From Planctomycetota bacterium (GTDB lineage Bacteria; Planctomycetota; UBA8742; UBA2392), in the NCBI GenBank assembly GCA_019636215.1, contig JAHBXZ010000011.1:34697-98696 (forward strand): a stretch of DNA of 64,000 bases, written 5' to 3'. Under the pieces are notes generated by a model. The model had not been told where the DNA came from, ran no database searches, and worked only from the letters and a program-made list of their open reading frames with translations. The position numbers and the translations under genes are program-made. Shown here in pieces: positions 17,740 through 26,756 of the stretch (positions are counted from its first letter, which is position 1; every line of letters starts with the position of its first letter).

Positions 17740-19554
17740 ATGAACGCTGCTCTCGCACGTCGGATGGTTTGCCTCGCACTTCTTTCCGTGTTGCTCGTCG
17801 TTTCAGGCCACACCCATCACGCCCAAGTCCCTGAGCCAGCGCCGATGGTACTCCGCCTGGGCCTTGCCGCGTTGCCGCGCACTCTGGATCCCCACAAGGC
17901 CGGCGACACGCTTTCCTTTGGGCAAGCTTCGCTTGCCTACGAGTCGCCGCTGGAGTACGACCCATTTTCGCCGGGAACCTTGCGGCCTTGCCTGCTGACC
18001 AGTCTGCCGGAAGTCTCCCCCGACGGCCTGACATGGACGCTCAAACTTCGCGACGACCTGTTGTTTCACGACTCCGACGTCTTCTTTGATGGCAAGGGCC
18101 GCAAAGCCATTGCCCGCGACCTTGCTTGGTCTCTCAAGCGCCTGGCTGCTCTGCCCGATTCCGAGGGCTTCTGGGTGATCGAAGGAAAGGTCGCCGGTCT
18201 GGATGTCTTTGCCCAGAAGGGCTGGGCCATGATGGCCGATGAAGGCGAAGAAGAATGGTTCCAGTTTCTGGACTCGCCCGTGGCCGGCATTACGGTCGTC
18301 AACGCAACGACGCTGCGCATCACTTTGGTAGAGCCGTCTGCGGACTTCATCTACTTCCTGGCCTCCACCTATGCGGCCATGATGGCCCCGGAAGCTGCCA
18401 AGAAAGGCAAGCCTGATACCAGGCCGGTGGGCACTGGTCCTTTTGTTTTCAATCAGACCCAGGCCGCAGGCTTAGTGTGGCGACGCAATCCGGGCTATCG
18501 CAAGCTCATTTTGTCTGGCGTCCCCGAGAGCTCGCCGCTCAAGCCATTCGAGGGGAAGCGTCTGCCGCTGGCAGATGAACTGCGCTACCAGGTTTATGAA
18601 ACCGACGGCGAGTCCCAGCACGCGTTTCTGTCTGGCCAGATTCACATGGATGGGCTTGGGGGCGTGATTGACCGCGAGCGCTGGGCTGCCGGGGCGTCAG
18701 ACGCCGAGTTGCTTCCTGAAGATTACGCCAAGGCAGGGGCAAGACTCGTTCGCAGTTTGGAACCGACGATCGGCTACATGTCTTTCAACTTCAACGACCC
18801 GGTTCTTGGCACCAAAGCGGGCGCGACAGGACTCGCCCTGCGCCAAGCCCTTGCGTTGTGCATGGATCGGGCCGCTACGGGCCGCAGGACGCTATCAAGC
18901 TGGAACAACGCACTCACGACGCCAGGCATGACCGGCCACTTCGACGACATGAAGCTTGCCAGTCAAAGCTATGACCCGGTCAAAGGCAGGGAGTTACTGC
19001 AGAAGGCCGGGTTCGAGGTTGCGAGTGTCGAGGGCAAGTGGGTCACGCGCGGCAAGGACGGCAAGCAGGTGACGGTGTCAGTGTCTTTCCGTCGCAAGGA
19101 CGACGCCGCCAAGGAGGATGCACAAGTGTATGCCAAGTGCTTCCAGGAAGTCGGCATACTTCTAGATCCTAAGTTCATGCTGTTTTCCCAGTTCCTGCAG
19201 CAGCAGATCGAGGGCAAGGGGCAGATCTATGATTGCGGCTGGGTCTTCGATTACCCTCATGCCATCAATCTGATGTCCCTGTTGTACGGACCCAACAAGT
19301 CGTCCGGCGTCAATACCGCCAATTTCAGTGACGAGAGCTTTGACAAGGCCTACCGCGCAATGAGTTCAGGAAACGCCAGCGTGACGGAATTGCGAGGAGC
19401 CATGGCGGCAATGTACAAGGCCATAGACGCCAACGTGCCGTGGATCGTGTTGGGTTGGCGCACGCTGTTTCGCGTCGAGGCCAAGGATCTGGCAACGCCC
19501 TCTTGGGACCCCTACCGCACCTGCAGCGCCAAGTTCTACGCCCTCAGGAAGTAG
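17740..19554 (+). CDS. ABC transporter substrate-binding protein, family 5, paralogue 2
   Basis: GGAGG lies 8 nt upstream of ATG 17740; signal MNAALARRMVCLALLSVLLVVSG; WTLKLRDDLLFH and GTGPFVF motifs. The track start 17659 (GTG overlapping the upstream stop) is an alternative. Confidence 0.8.
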   Translation: MNAALARRMVCLALLSVLLVVSGHTHHAQVPEPAPMVLRLGLAALPRTLDPHKAGDTLSFGQASLAYESPLEYDPFSPGTLRPCLLTSLPEVSPDGLTWTLKLRDDLLFHDSDVFFDGKGRKAIARDLAWSLKRLAALPDSEGFWVIEGKVAGLDVFAQKGWAMMADEGEEEWFQFLDSPVAGITVVNATTLRITLVEPSADFIYFLASTYAAMMAPEAAKKGKPDTRPVGTGPFVFNQTQAAGLVWRRNPGYRKLILSGVPESSPLKPFEGKRLPLADELRYQVYETDGESQHAFLSGQIHMDGLGGVIDRERWAAGASDAELLPEDYAKAGARLVRSLEPTIGYMSFNFNDPVLGTKAGATGLALRQALALCMDRAATGRRTLSSWNNALTTPGMTGHFDDMKLASQSYDPVKGRELLQKAGFEVASVEGKWVTRGKDGKQVTVSVSFRRKDDAAKEDAQVYAKCFQEVGILLDPKFMLFSQFLQQQIEGKGQIYDCGWVFDYPHAINLMSLLYGPNKSSGVNTANFSDESFDKAYRAMSSGNASVTELRGAMAAMYKAIDANVPWIVLGWRTLFRVEAKDLATPSWDPYRTCSAKFYALRK

Positions 19555-19610
19555 CGCCCACATCGGCGCCGGCCTGTAGCGACCTGGCTTGCGCTTCGGG
19601 CTCCTGTGGC

Positions 19611-19850
19611 TCAAACCGGCTTGTTCAGTTCGTAGGTGTTGCGGCCAGACTTCTTCAGCTTGCCCTTGGCCACAAGTTCGTCCCACACCTCGGGCGGGAA
19701 GCCTTCGGGCGGGCTGATGCCGCAGATTACGGCCCTTTCACGCGACAGGTGCCCCGCCGGTGCGGCGTTGCCTGCGGCGTCGGCCTGGTAGATTTTCAGG
19801 CGCTTCTTGAAGGCCTTGTAGGCGCGGTCGTGCTCTTCCTTGGTTGCCAT
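19611..19850 (-). CDS. Small hypothetical protein (79 aa) on the opposite strand inside the SBP array
   Basis: About 80% GC at third codon positions; lysine-rich basic N-terminus MATKEEHDRAYKAFKKRLKIYQ; the overlapping plus-strand ORFs look like junk. No recognisable family. Confidence 0.4.
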   Translation of the reverse strand: MATKEEHDRAYKAFKKRLKIYQADAAGNAAPAGHLSRERAVICGISPPEGFPPEVWDELVAKGKLKKSGRNTYELNKPV

Positions 19851-19989
19851 GGCATCCTCCCGGGGTGATCATCGGCCTTGCTGCCGCTGTGGTCAACGCC
19901 TGGCCCGGATGTTGCGCCAAGCCATGGCGCGTCTGGATTGCAGCCGGGCAGGGCGTATGATCTTTGTTTCTGTCTTGCCCGGAGTCGCC

Positions 19990-21783
19990 ATGAACCTGCG
20001 CTGGCTGCTGTTGCTGCTGGTGGTTGCCGCCACAGCCCTGCCTTGGGCGCTGGTAGACGCCCAGCCGGCACCACCGCCTGTGCCTGTGCCGGTACCAGTG
20101 CCCGCGCAGCCCGCGCCCGCGCCGATTGCCGAGGTCACCACCCTGCGGCTGCCGCTGGAAGACGGCTGGACACTCGACCCGCATTTCGCTCGCACACCCG
20201 CCAGCTTGCAGCTTTGCGCGGCCATCTATGACGGCCTCTACACCTACGCCACCGGCCCCAAGCCTGAAATCAAGCCCGCACTGGCAGAAGCTCTGCCGGT
20301 CATTTCGGCCGACGGGCTTACCTGGACGATCAAGCTGCGCAAAGACGTCCGCTTTCACAACAGCGCGGCCGTGTTCGGCGAGGCCAAGTCCCGCAACCTT
20401 GTGGCCTCAGACGTGGTTCACAGCCTCAAGCGCCTTTCCGCCGCCGGGCCGGATGAGAGCATGTACTGGCTGATCAAGGGCATCATCAAGGGCCTGGATG
20501 ATTACGGCGACGCCGTCGGCGCCGAAGATGGAGCGCGATCGGACGGCCAGCCCGTGGCTGGGCTTGCCGCGCCCGACGACCACACGGTGGTCCTCAAGCT
20601 TACCCGGCCGTTCGGCGCGCTGTTGACCGTGCTGGCCCACCCCTGCACCAGTATTGTGCCGCGCGAGGCCATGGACACCTACGGCGGCGCCCTGATGGTG
20701 CGCGCCGTGGGCACCGGCCCCTTCCGACTGCATGCCGTGGGTGAATCCAGGCTGATTGTGCTCAAGCGCTTTGACGGCCATTGGGGTCCCAAGCCGGCCT
20801 ATGAGCGTATCACCCTGACGGCCCAGGATAGCCCCATCGCCGCGTTCAAGAGCGTCGCCGAAGGCAACCTGGCGCGTTGCGACATCCTCAATGGCGAGAG
20901 CCTGCGCTTTCTTACGCCCGGCGGCAAACCCGGGCCTTTGCTGAAGAAGGCCGGCCTGGAGCCACGCTGGTCCGACAACGAAGGCATGTACTTCATGGCC
21001 TTCAATATGGAAGACGCCCTGTGGGGCGCCTTGGACGACGATGGCCGCCTGTTGCGCAAGGCCGTCAGCCAGGCCTTTGATCGCACTGCCTTTCAGATCG
21101 CCTCAGGTTTTTCCGACCCTTGGGGGCGCCCCGCCGTTGAGTGCATGCCGCCCGGCACCGAGTATGACGACCTGGCCCAGGCCCATGCCCTGGGCGGCAC
21201 GGATGGCAAGGCCGCCAAGGCCACGCTGGATGCCAGCAGATACAAGGGTGGCAAGAATCCCGATACTGGCGAAGCGCTGATGTTGTCGGTGGTTGTCCAG
21301 AACAACAACGGCCTGCACCGGGCACTTTCGAACACTCTCAAGACATCACTTCAGCCACTGGGCATAGAAGTGGCGGTGCGCACGGTTCGCGCGGATTACC
21401 GCGCCACCATCCGCAAGGACGACGGTGGGGCGTTCTTTGCAGGCTGGTTCATGGACAGCCCGGACAGCCAGAACTTTCTGCAATTGCTGTACGGCCCGAA
21501 TGCAGGCATCACCGACGAGTTCGCCAACCCGTCGCGGTACAAGAACCCGGATTTTGACACCCTGTACCAAGAGTTTGAGGCCCTGCTGCCCGTCCCGGCC
21601 AACGAAAAGCGCCGCCGCGAACTGGCCGATTCCATGCTGAAACTGGTTCAGCAAGACCGGCCCATTGTGCCCCTGTTCGTGCGCCGCGAGGCCGAGCTGC
21701 GCAGCGACAAAGTAATCTGGCAGGAAATGCCCCGTGTAACGTATACAGAGTTCAGGCATATCCAGCCCCCCAAGACGGAATAG
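19990..21783 (+). CDS. ABC transporter substrate-binding protein, family 5, paralogue 3 (Pro/Val/Ala-rich linker after the signal peptide)
   Basis: GGAG precedes ATG 19990; signal MNLRWLLLLLVVAATALPWALVDA followed by PAPPPVPVPVPVPAQPAPAP; WTIKLRKDVRFH and GTGPFRL motifs. Confidence 0.8.
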   Translation: MNLRWLLLLLVVAATALPWALVDAQPAPPPVPVPVPVPAQPAPAPIAEVTTLRLPLEDGWTLDPHFARTPASLQLCAAIYDGLYTYATGPKPEIKPALAEALPVISADGLTWTIKLRKDVRFHNSAAVFGEAKSRNLVASDVVHSLKRLSAAGPDESMYWLIKGIIKGLDDYGDAVGAEDGARSDGQPVAGLAAPDDHTVVLKLTRPFGALLTVLAHPCTSIVPREAMDTYGGALMVRAVGTGPFRLHAVGESRLIVLKRFDGHWGPKPAYERITLTAQDSPIAAFKSVAEGNLARCDILNGESLRFLTPGGKPGPLLKKAGLEPRWSDNEGMYFMAFNMEDALWGALDDDGRLLRKAVSQAFDRTAFQIASGFSDPWGRPAVECMPPGTEYDDLAQAHALGGTDGKAAKATLDASRYKGGKNPDTGEALMLSVVVQNNNGLHRALSNTLKTSLQPLGIEVAVRTVRADYRATIRKDDGGAFFAGWFMDSPDSQNFLQLLYGPNAGITDEFANPSRYKNPDFDTLYQEFEALLPVPANEKRRRELADSMLKLVQQDRPIVPLFVRREAELRSDKVIWQEMPRVTYTEFRHIQPPKTE

Positions 21784-21785
21784 CC

Positions 21786-23825
21786 ATGGCCGGACTTCGC
21801 GGCGTTGTTGCGTTGCTTACCCTGGCGGTCCTGGGCGTGCTGGTGTCGGCGCTGACCGGCTGCGGCGGCACGGCCGCATCAATTGCCGCAGAAGACGAGG
21901 GTATGGTCGTTTTGCGCCGCAGTGAGGGCGAAGACCCCAAGACCATCGACCCGCACAAGGCCGGCGACACCGGCAGTTCGCGGCATTGCTCGATGTGCTA
22001 CGAGAGCCTGCTTGAGTACGACTTTCTGGAACGCCCGGCCAAGCTGGTGCCCTGCACGGCCCGCGAGATGCCGACCTACGACACAGCCACGCTGACCTAC
22101 ACGTTCAAGCTGCGCGACGACGTGTACTTCCAGGACGACCGCTGCTTTCACCCCGACGCCGCGGGCAAGACCTTTGCCGAAGAAGGCGAACGCAAACTGG
22201 GCACGAGCGGCAAGGGCCGCAAGCTGACCGCCCACGATTATGTCTGGAGTTTCAAACGCCTGTCCGCGATCCCCGATGCCGAGGGCTTCTGGTTGTTTGA
22301 ACACAAGATTGCAGGCATAGACGAGTATCACGTCAAGGCAATGGACCTGTTCAGCGAAGACCCCGACGCCTGGCGCAAGCACCTGAACGAGGGCAAGGTT
22401 GAAGGCATCTGGGCACCCGACGACCACACCTTCTGTGTACGCTTCACCGAGCCCTACCCGCAGTTTCTGTACGCGATTGCCATGTCCTACGGCGTGGCCA
22501 TGGCGCGCGAGGCCGTGGAGTACTACGGCGCTGAGATCGCCCGCAAACCCGTGGGCACGGGGCCCTTTGTGCTGAAGCGCTGGCGCTTCAACATGGAGCT
22601 GGTGTGGGAACGCAGCCCCAGCTATCGCGACCAGCGCTTTCCGTCCAGCGACAACCCCGATCACGCCCGCTTCAAGCCCTTTATGGGCAAGCGTCTGCCG
22701 CTGGCCGACAAGGTCCACTTCCGCATCATTAAGGAAAGCCAGCCCGAGTTTCTGGAGTTCCTGCAGGGCAACATCGACATTTCGGGCATCGACAAAGACC
22801 AGTTTTCCACGGCAATCACGCCCCAGAATGAACTGACGCCGCTGCTGCGCGACAAGGGCATCCAGTTGCGCACCTGGGAAGACCCGTACATGTCTTACAT
22901 CGCCCTGAACATGGACGACAACGAAGTCGGTACCCCGGCCGGCGACCGTGGCCTGGCAATCCGGCGTGCCCTGTGCCTGTGCATTGACCGTGAGGACCTG
23001 ATCCGGCGTTACCTGAACGGGCGCGGTGTGGCGGCGCGGCACGTGATTCCGTCCACCACCTTCGGTTACACCGAAGAAAGCGGCATGACCTGGCAGCGTT
23101 ACGACCCGGCCGAGGGCCGCCGCCAGCTGGAAGCCGCGGGCTTCAAGGTGGAGAGCATCGGCCGCGACCTGTACCGCACGACAAACCCGGCAACCGGCAA
23201 GCAGGTCAATGTGACGGTGCTGATCCGCCGCAACGACCAGCAGTCGGCCGATTACGCCGTATTCTTGAAGTCCTGCGGCGACAAAGTCGGCATCCGCATC
23301 GAAAGCGAGCGCATGACGTTTGCCGAATGGCTCAAGCGCAGCAACGACCGCGTGGGCCAGGCCTTTGATTCCGGCTGGATCATGGACTACCCCGACGCGC
23401 AGAACAACCTGCAGTTGCTGTACGGCCCCAATGCGGCCCAGGGCCTGAACTATTCAGGCTATAACTCCGAGGCCTACAACCGGATGTACCGCGAGCTGGC
23501 CCCGCTGGATGAGTCCGACCCGGCCCAGCGCGCCCGCAAGGGTGACCTGGTGCACCAGATGCACGCCGAGCTCGATAAGGACCTGCCCTGGGTGATGCTG
23601 AACTGGAACAAGACGTACTCGCTGTACCACAGCTGGTACACGCACCCGGACCCGAACCCGTTTGCCTACAGCTACACCAAGTTTGTGTACGCCGACACGC
23701 CCAAACGCGGCGAACTGGCCACAAGCTGGGCCTCCATGCCGGTGCTGCCCGGGCTGCTGCTGTCGCTGCTGTTTCTCGTACCGGCGGGGCTGATGGCCTC
23801 GCGGGTGATAAGGCAGGCGCGCTGA
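21786..23825 (+). CDS. ABC transporter substrate-binding lipoprotein, family 5, paralogue 4
   Basis: Lipobox LVSALTGCGG; YTFKLRDDVYF and GTGPFVL motifs; 679 aa. Confidence 0.8.
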   Translation: MAGLRGVVALLTLAVLGVLVSALTGCGGTAASIAAEDEGMVVLRRSEGEDPKTIDPHKAGDTGSSRHCSMCYESLLEYDFLERPAKLVPCTAREMPTYDTATLTYTFKLRDDVYFQDDRCFHPDAAGKTFAEEGERKLGTSGKGRKLTAHDYVWSFKRLSAIPDAEGFWLFEHKIAGIDEYHVKAMDLFSEDPDAWRKHLNEGKVEGIWAPDDHTFCVRFTEPYPQFLYAIAMSYGVAMAREAVEYYGAEIARKPVGTGPFVLKRWRFNMELVWERSPSYRDQRFPSSDNPDHARFKPFMGKRLPLADKVHFRIIKESQPEFLEFLQGNIDISGIDKDQFSTAITPQNELTPLLRDKGIQLRTWEDPYMSYIALNMDDNEVGTPAGDRGLAIRRALCLCIDREDLIRRYLNGRGVAARHVIPSTTFGYTEESGMTWQRYDPAEGRRQLEAAGFKVESIGRDLYRTTNPATGKQVNVTVLIRRNDQQSADYAVFLKSCGDKVGIRIESERMTFAEWLKRSNDRVGQAFDSGWIMDYPDAQNNLQLLYGPNAAQGLNYSGYNSEAYNRMYRELAPLDESDPAQRARKGDLVHQMHAELDKDLPWVMLNWNKTYSLYHSWYTHPDPNPFAYSYTKFVYADTPKRGELATSWASMPVLPGLLLSLLFLVPAGLMASRVIRQAR

Positions 23826-23826
23826 C

Positions 23827-24873
23827 ATGCTGGCCTATGTACTGCGAAAACTGGCGTACATGCCGCTCATCCTGATGGGCGTGATCCTGATTACGTTTCT
23901 GCTGTTTTTCGTCGTCACCAGCCCCGAGGCGCTTGCCCGCATGCGTGTGGGCAGCAAGGCCAGCCAGCAGCAGGTCTGCGAATGGATGGCCACCAACGGC
24001 TACATCACCTGGACAGAAGAAGGGCGGGCCAAACGCGCCGCGCCACCCGAAAAGACGCCCGACGCCGCCGACACCGAACAAGGCAAGGTGTTCGAGGAAG
24101 GCAAGGATTTCACCCGCACCAGCAACCTGACGCTGTTCGGGAGGTACCTGTCCGACCTTGCGCGATTTGACTACGGCCTGGACCGCCGCGACCGGAAGGT
24201 GACCGCAGTGCTGTACGAAGGCATGTGGGCCAGCCTGGCCCTTACGGTGCCGGCGTTCTTCATTGCCGAGATCCTGGGTGTGTTCTTTGGCCTGATTGCC
24301 GCCATGTATCGCCAGACCAGGATTGACCACGCCCTGGTGCTCAGCGCGATCCTGATCATGAGCGTCAACAGCATTGCGCTGTACATGTTCGGGCAGAAGT
24401 TCCTGGCCGCGGAATGGAACTACTTTCCGGTGACCGGATTCGGCGAAGGCCTGAACGCCGCACGGTACCTGATTCTGCCGATTCTGCTGTACGTCTTCAT
24501 CAGTTACGGCGAACAGTTGCGCTTCAACCGCATTGTGATGCTGGACGAAACCAACCAGGACTATGTGCGCACGGCGCGGGCCAAGGGCCTTGATGAAAAC
24601 ACCGTGCTGTTCAAGCACGTGCTGCGCAACACGCTGATTCCCCTGATTACGCGCTGGGTGGTGGCGATACCGTCGCTGTACCTGGGGGCGCTGGTGCTGG
24701 AAAGTTTCTTTGGCATCCCGGGCCTGGGCTACCTGACGGTAGACGCCATTGCCAACAGTGACGTGAACATTGTGCGCGCGACGGTGGTGCTGGGGTCAAT
24801 CACTTTCATGCTGGCAAACCTGTTGTCTGACGTGCTGTACGCGGTGGCTGACCCGCGTGTGAAACTCAGCTAG
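23827..24873 (+). CDS. ABC transporter permease (DppB/OppB-like)
   Basis: 6 TM helices; the only motif evidence I can cite is the conserved ABC-permease loop region LDENTVLFKHVLRNTLIPLIT; the start lies 1 nt after the SBP4 stop. Confidence 0.8.
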   Translation: MLAYVLRKLAYMPLILMGVILITFLLFFVVTSPEALARMRVGSKASQQQVCEWMATNGYITWTEEGRAKRAAPPEKTPDAADTEQGKVFEEGKDFTRTSNLTLFGRYLSDLARFDYGLDRRDRKVTAVLYEGMWASLALTVPAFFIAEILGVFFGLIAAMYRQTRIDHALVLSAILIMSVNSIALYMFGQKFLAAEWNYFPVTGFGEGLNAARYLILPILLYVFISYGEQLRFNRIVMLDETNQDYVRTARAKGLDENTVLFKHVLRNTLIPLITRWVVAIPSLYLGALVLESFFGIPGLGYLTVDAIANSDVNIVRATVVLGSITFMLANLLSDVLYAVADPRVKLS

Positions 24874-24881
24874 GCGATCTG

Positions 24882-25943
24882 ATGCCGTGGAAAGAAGTCA
24901 TCCGCCGTCTGCTCAAGCGCCCCATTGTGCTGGTGTGCCTGGTGGTCATCACCCTGTTTGCCCTGATGGCAGCCAACGCGCGGCTGCTGGTTCACGACGA
25001 AGACCTTGCGGCACGCACCAGTGAATCGGCACTGGACGAAACCACCGGCCTGGAACGCAGCTATCACCCGCCCGGCTGGCTGCTTTACCTGGACGAGTCG
25101 CACGGGCACTGGGCCAACACCGGTGTTGATGCTGCCACACGCGAGGAACGCCCGGCCGTCGCACCCGAGAACCGCAACTGGGGCTTCTTTGATGCCCGCA
25201 CCTGGCACCTGCCGCTGGGCTGCGACATTCACGGCGTAAGCCTGCTGGCCAAGCTGGTGCGCGGCACGGAACTGGCGTTCATTATCGGCATTGTGCCCAC
25301 GCTGATCAGCAGCGTGATTGCCGTTTTCATGGGCCTGATGGCGGGCTACTTCGGCAAGCTGCTGGACGACGCCATCGGCTACATGATCAACACACTGGCG
25401 TCGGTTCCGTTTGTTCTGCTGCTGATTGCGTTCATCCAGGCCGTGCGCGACAGCGAGGCGATTGCAGAGGCCTTCAGTTCGATTGGCTGGGACAGCAAGC
25501 CCATGCGCAACCTTGTGCTGGTGCTGGTAGTCATCGGCCTGACCAGCTGGATCGGCCTGTGCCGCCTGGTACGCGCCGAGGTTCTGAAGCACAAAGACCG
25601 CGATTATGTGCACGCGGCGCGGGCGCTGGGCTGCGGGCACGCGCGCATCATCGGCAGGCACATTCTGCCCAACGTGATGCACCTGGTGATCATCATGTTC
25701 ACGCTCAGTTTTGTGGGCTCTGTGGCACTGGAGGTCTTTCTCAGCTTTGTGAACATCGGCATCGACTCCACCCTGCCCACCTGGGGCCAGGTCATCGTAA
25801 AGGGCCGCGACGAACTGCAGCGCGACCCCAGCGTCTGGTGGCCACTTACCTTTGCCAGCCTTACCCTGTTTGTGCTTTCTCTGGCATTCAGCCTGACCGG
25901 CGACGCCCTGCGCGACGCACTGGACCCCAAGCTGCGCACCTGA
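24882..25943 (+). CDS. ABC transporter permease (DppC/OppC-like)
   Basis: N-terminal TM helix plus periplasmic loop then a permease core; the only motif evidence I can cite is the permease signature region HAARALGCGHARIIGRHILPNVM. Confidence 0.8.
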   Translation: MPWKEVIRRLLKRPIVLVCLVVITLFALMAANARLLVHDEDLAARTSESALDETTGLERSYHPPGWLLYLDESHGHWANTGVDAATREERPAVAPENRNWGFFDARTWHLPLGCDIHGVSLLAKLVRGTELAFIIGIVPTLISSVIAVFMGLMAGYFGKLLDDAIGYMINTLASVPFVLLLIAFIQAVRDSEAIAEAFSSIGWDSKPMRNLVLVLVVIGLTSWIGLCRLVRAEVLKHKDRDYVHAARALGCGHARIIGRHILPNVMHLVIIMFTLSFVGSVALEVFLSFVNIGIDSTLPTWGQVIVKGRDELQRDPSVWWPLTFASLTLFVLSLAFSLTGDALRDALDPKLRT

Positions 25944-25997
25944 AGCCTTCCTTGGCGGGTTGATTCGCCGGGGTATTGCGTCTATCGTTCTGGCCCG

Positions 25998-26726
25998 ATG
26001 CGTACAGGCATTTTCATCACGGGCACCGACACCGGCGTAGGCAAGACGATTGTCGCCGCCGGCCTGGTCATGGCCCTGCGCCAGCGCGGCCTGAACGTGG
26101 GCTATATGAAGCCGATTGAGACCGGCTGTCCGCTGGTCGACGGCGAGGTGCTGGCCAAGGACGCCCGCTTTGTGCGCGAGGTGACGGGCATTCGTGACGA
26201 CATTGACCTGGTCTGCCCCTATCGCCTTAAAGCTGCGGCTGCACCCAGCATTGCCAGCCGGCTGGAAGACGTGCACGTCGAGCTGAACTACATCGTCGAC
26301 CAGTACTTCCAGCTTTCACTGATGCACGAAATCGTGGTCGTCGAAGGCGTGGGCGGCCTGATGGTGCCCCTGAACAACAACGACCTTGTCACCGACATGA
26401 TCCTGTCACTTGGCCTGGAAACCCTTGTCGTGGCAAGGCCGGGGCTGGGTACGATCAACCACACGCTGCTGACGGTCAACGTGGCCAAGATGATCGGCAT
26501 TCCGGTGGCCGGCGTGATCTTCAACGGCTTCGGCAAAGAGGCTATCGGCCTGCCCGAGCGCACCAACCCGGATGAAGTGGAACACTTTGCGCAGGTGCCG
26601 GTGCTGGGCATACTGCCGTGGATGAAAGACCTTGATTACAACGGGCTGCGCGCGGGGTCGCTGCTGTCAGAGTTCAGCGAACGCATCAACGTGAACTCGC
26701 TTCTGCCCAAGGAAGACGAGTACTAG
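25998..26726 (+). CDS. bioD: Dethiobiotin synthetase
   Basis: MRTGIFITGTDTGVGKTIVAAGLVMALRQRGLNVGYMKPIETG matches the BioD P-loop and N-terminus; 242 aa. Confidence 0.85.
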   Translation: MRTGIFITGTDTGVGKTIVAAGLVMALRQRGLNVGYMKPIETGCPLVDGEVLAKDARFVREVTGIRDDIDLVCPYRLKAAAAPSIASRLEDVHVELNYIVDQYFQLSLMHEIVVVEGVGGLMVPLNNNDLVTDMILSLGLETLVVARPGLGTINHTLLTVNVAKMIGIPVAGVIFNGFGKEAIGLPERTNPDEVEHFAQVPVLGILPWMKDLDYNGLRAGSLLSEFSERINVNSLLPKEDEY

Positions 26727-26727
26727 C

Positions 26728-26753
26728 AAACCGGCCCCTTGCGGGGCCGGTTT
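26728..26753. terminator. Bidirectional rho-independent terminator between the convergent bioD and QW-protein A genes
   Basis: AAA-CCGGCCCC-ttgc-GGGGCCGG-TTT: a perfect 8-bp GC stem with a 4-nt loop, A-run on one side and T-run on the other. It lies 1 nt after the bioD stop and 3 nt before the minus-strand stop at 26757–26759. Confidence 0.7.
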
Positions 26754-26756
26754 GGT

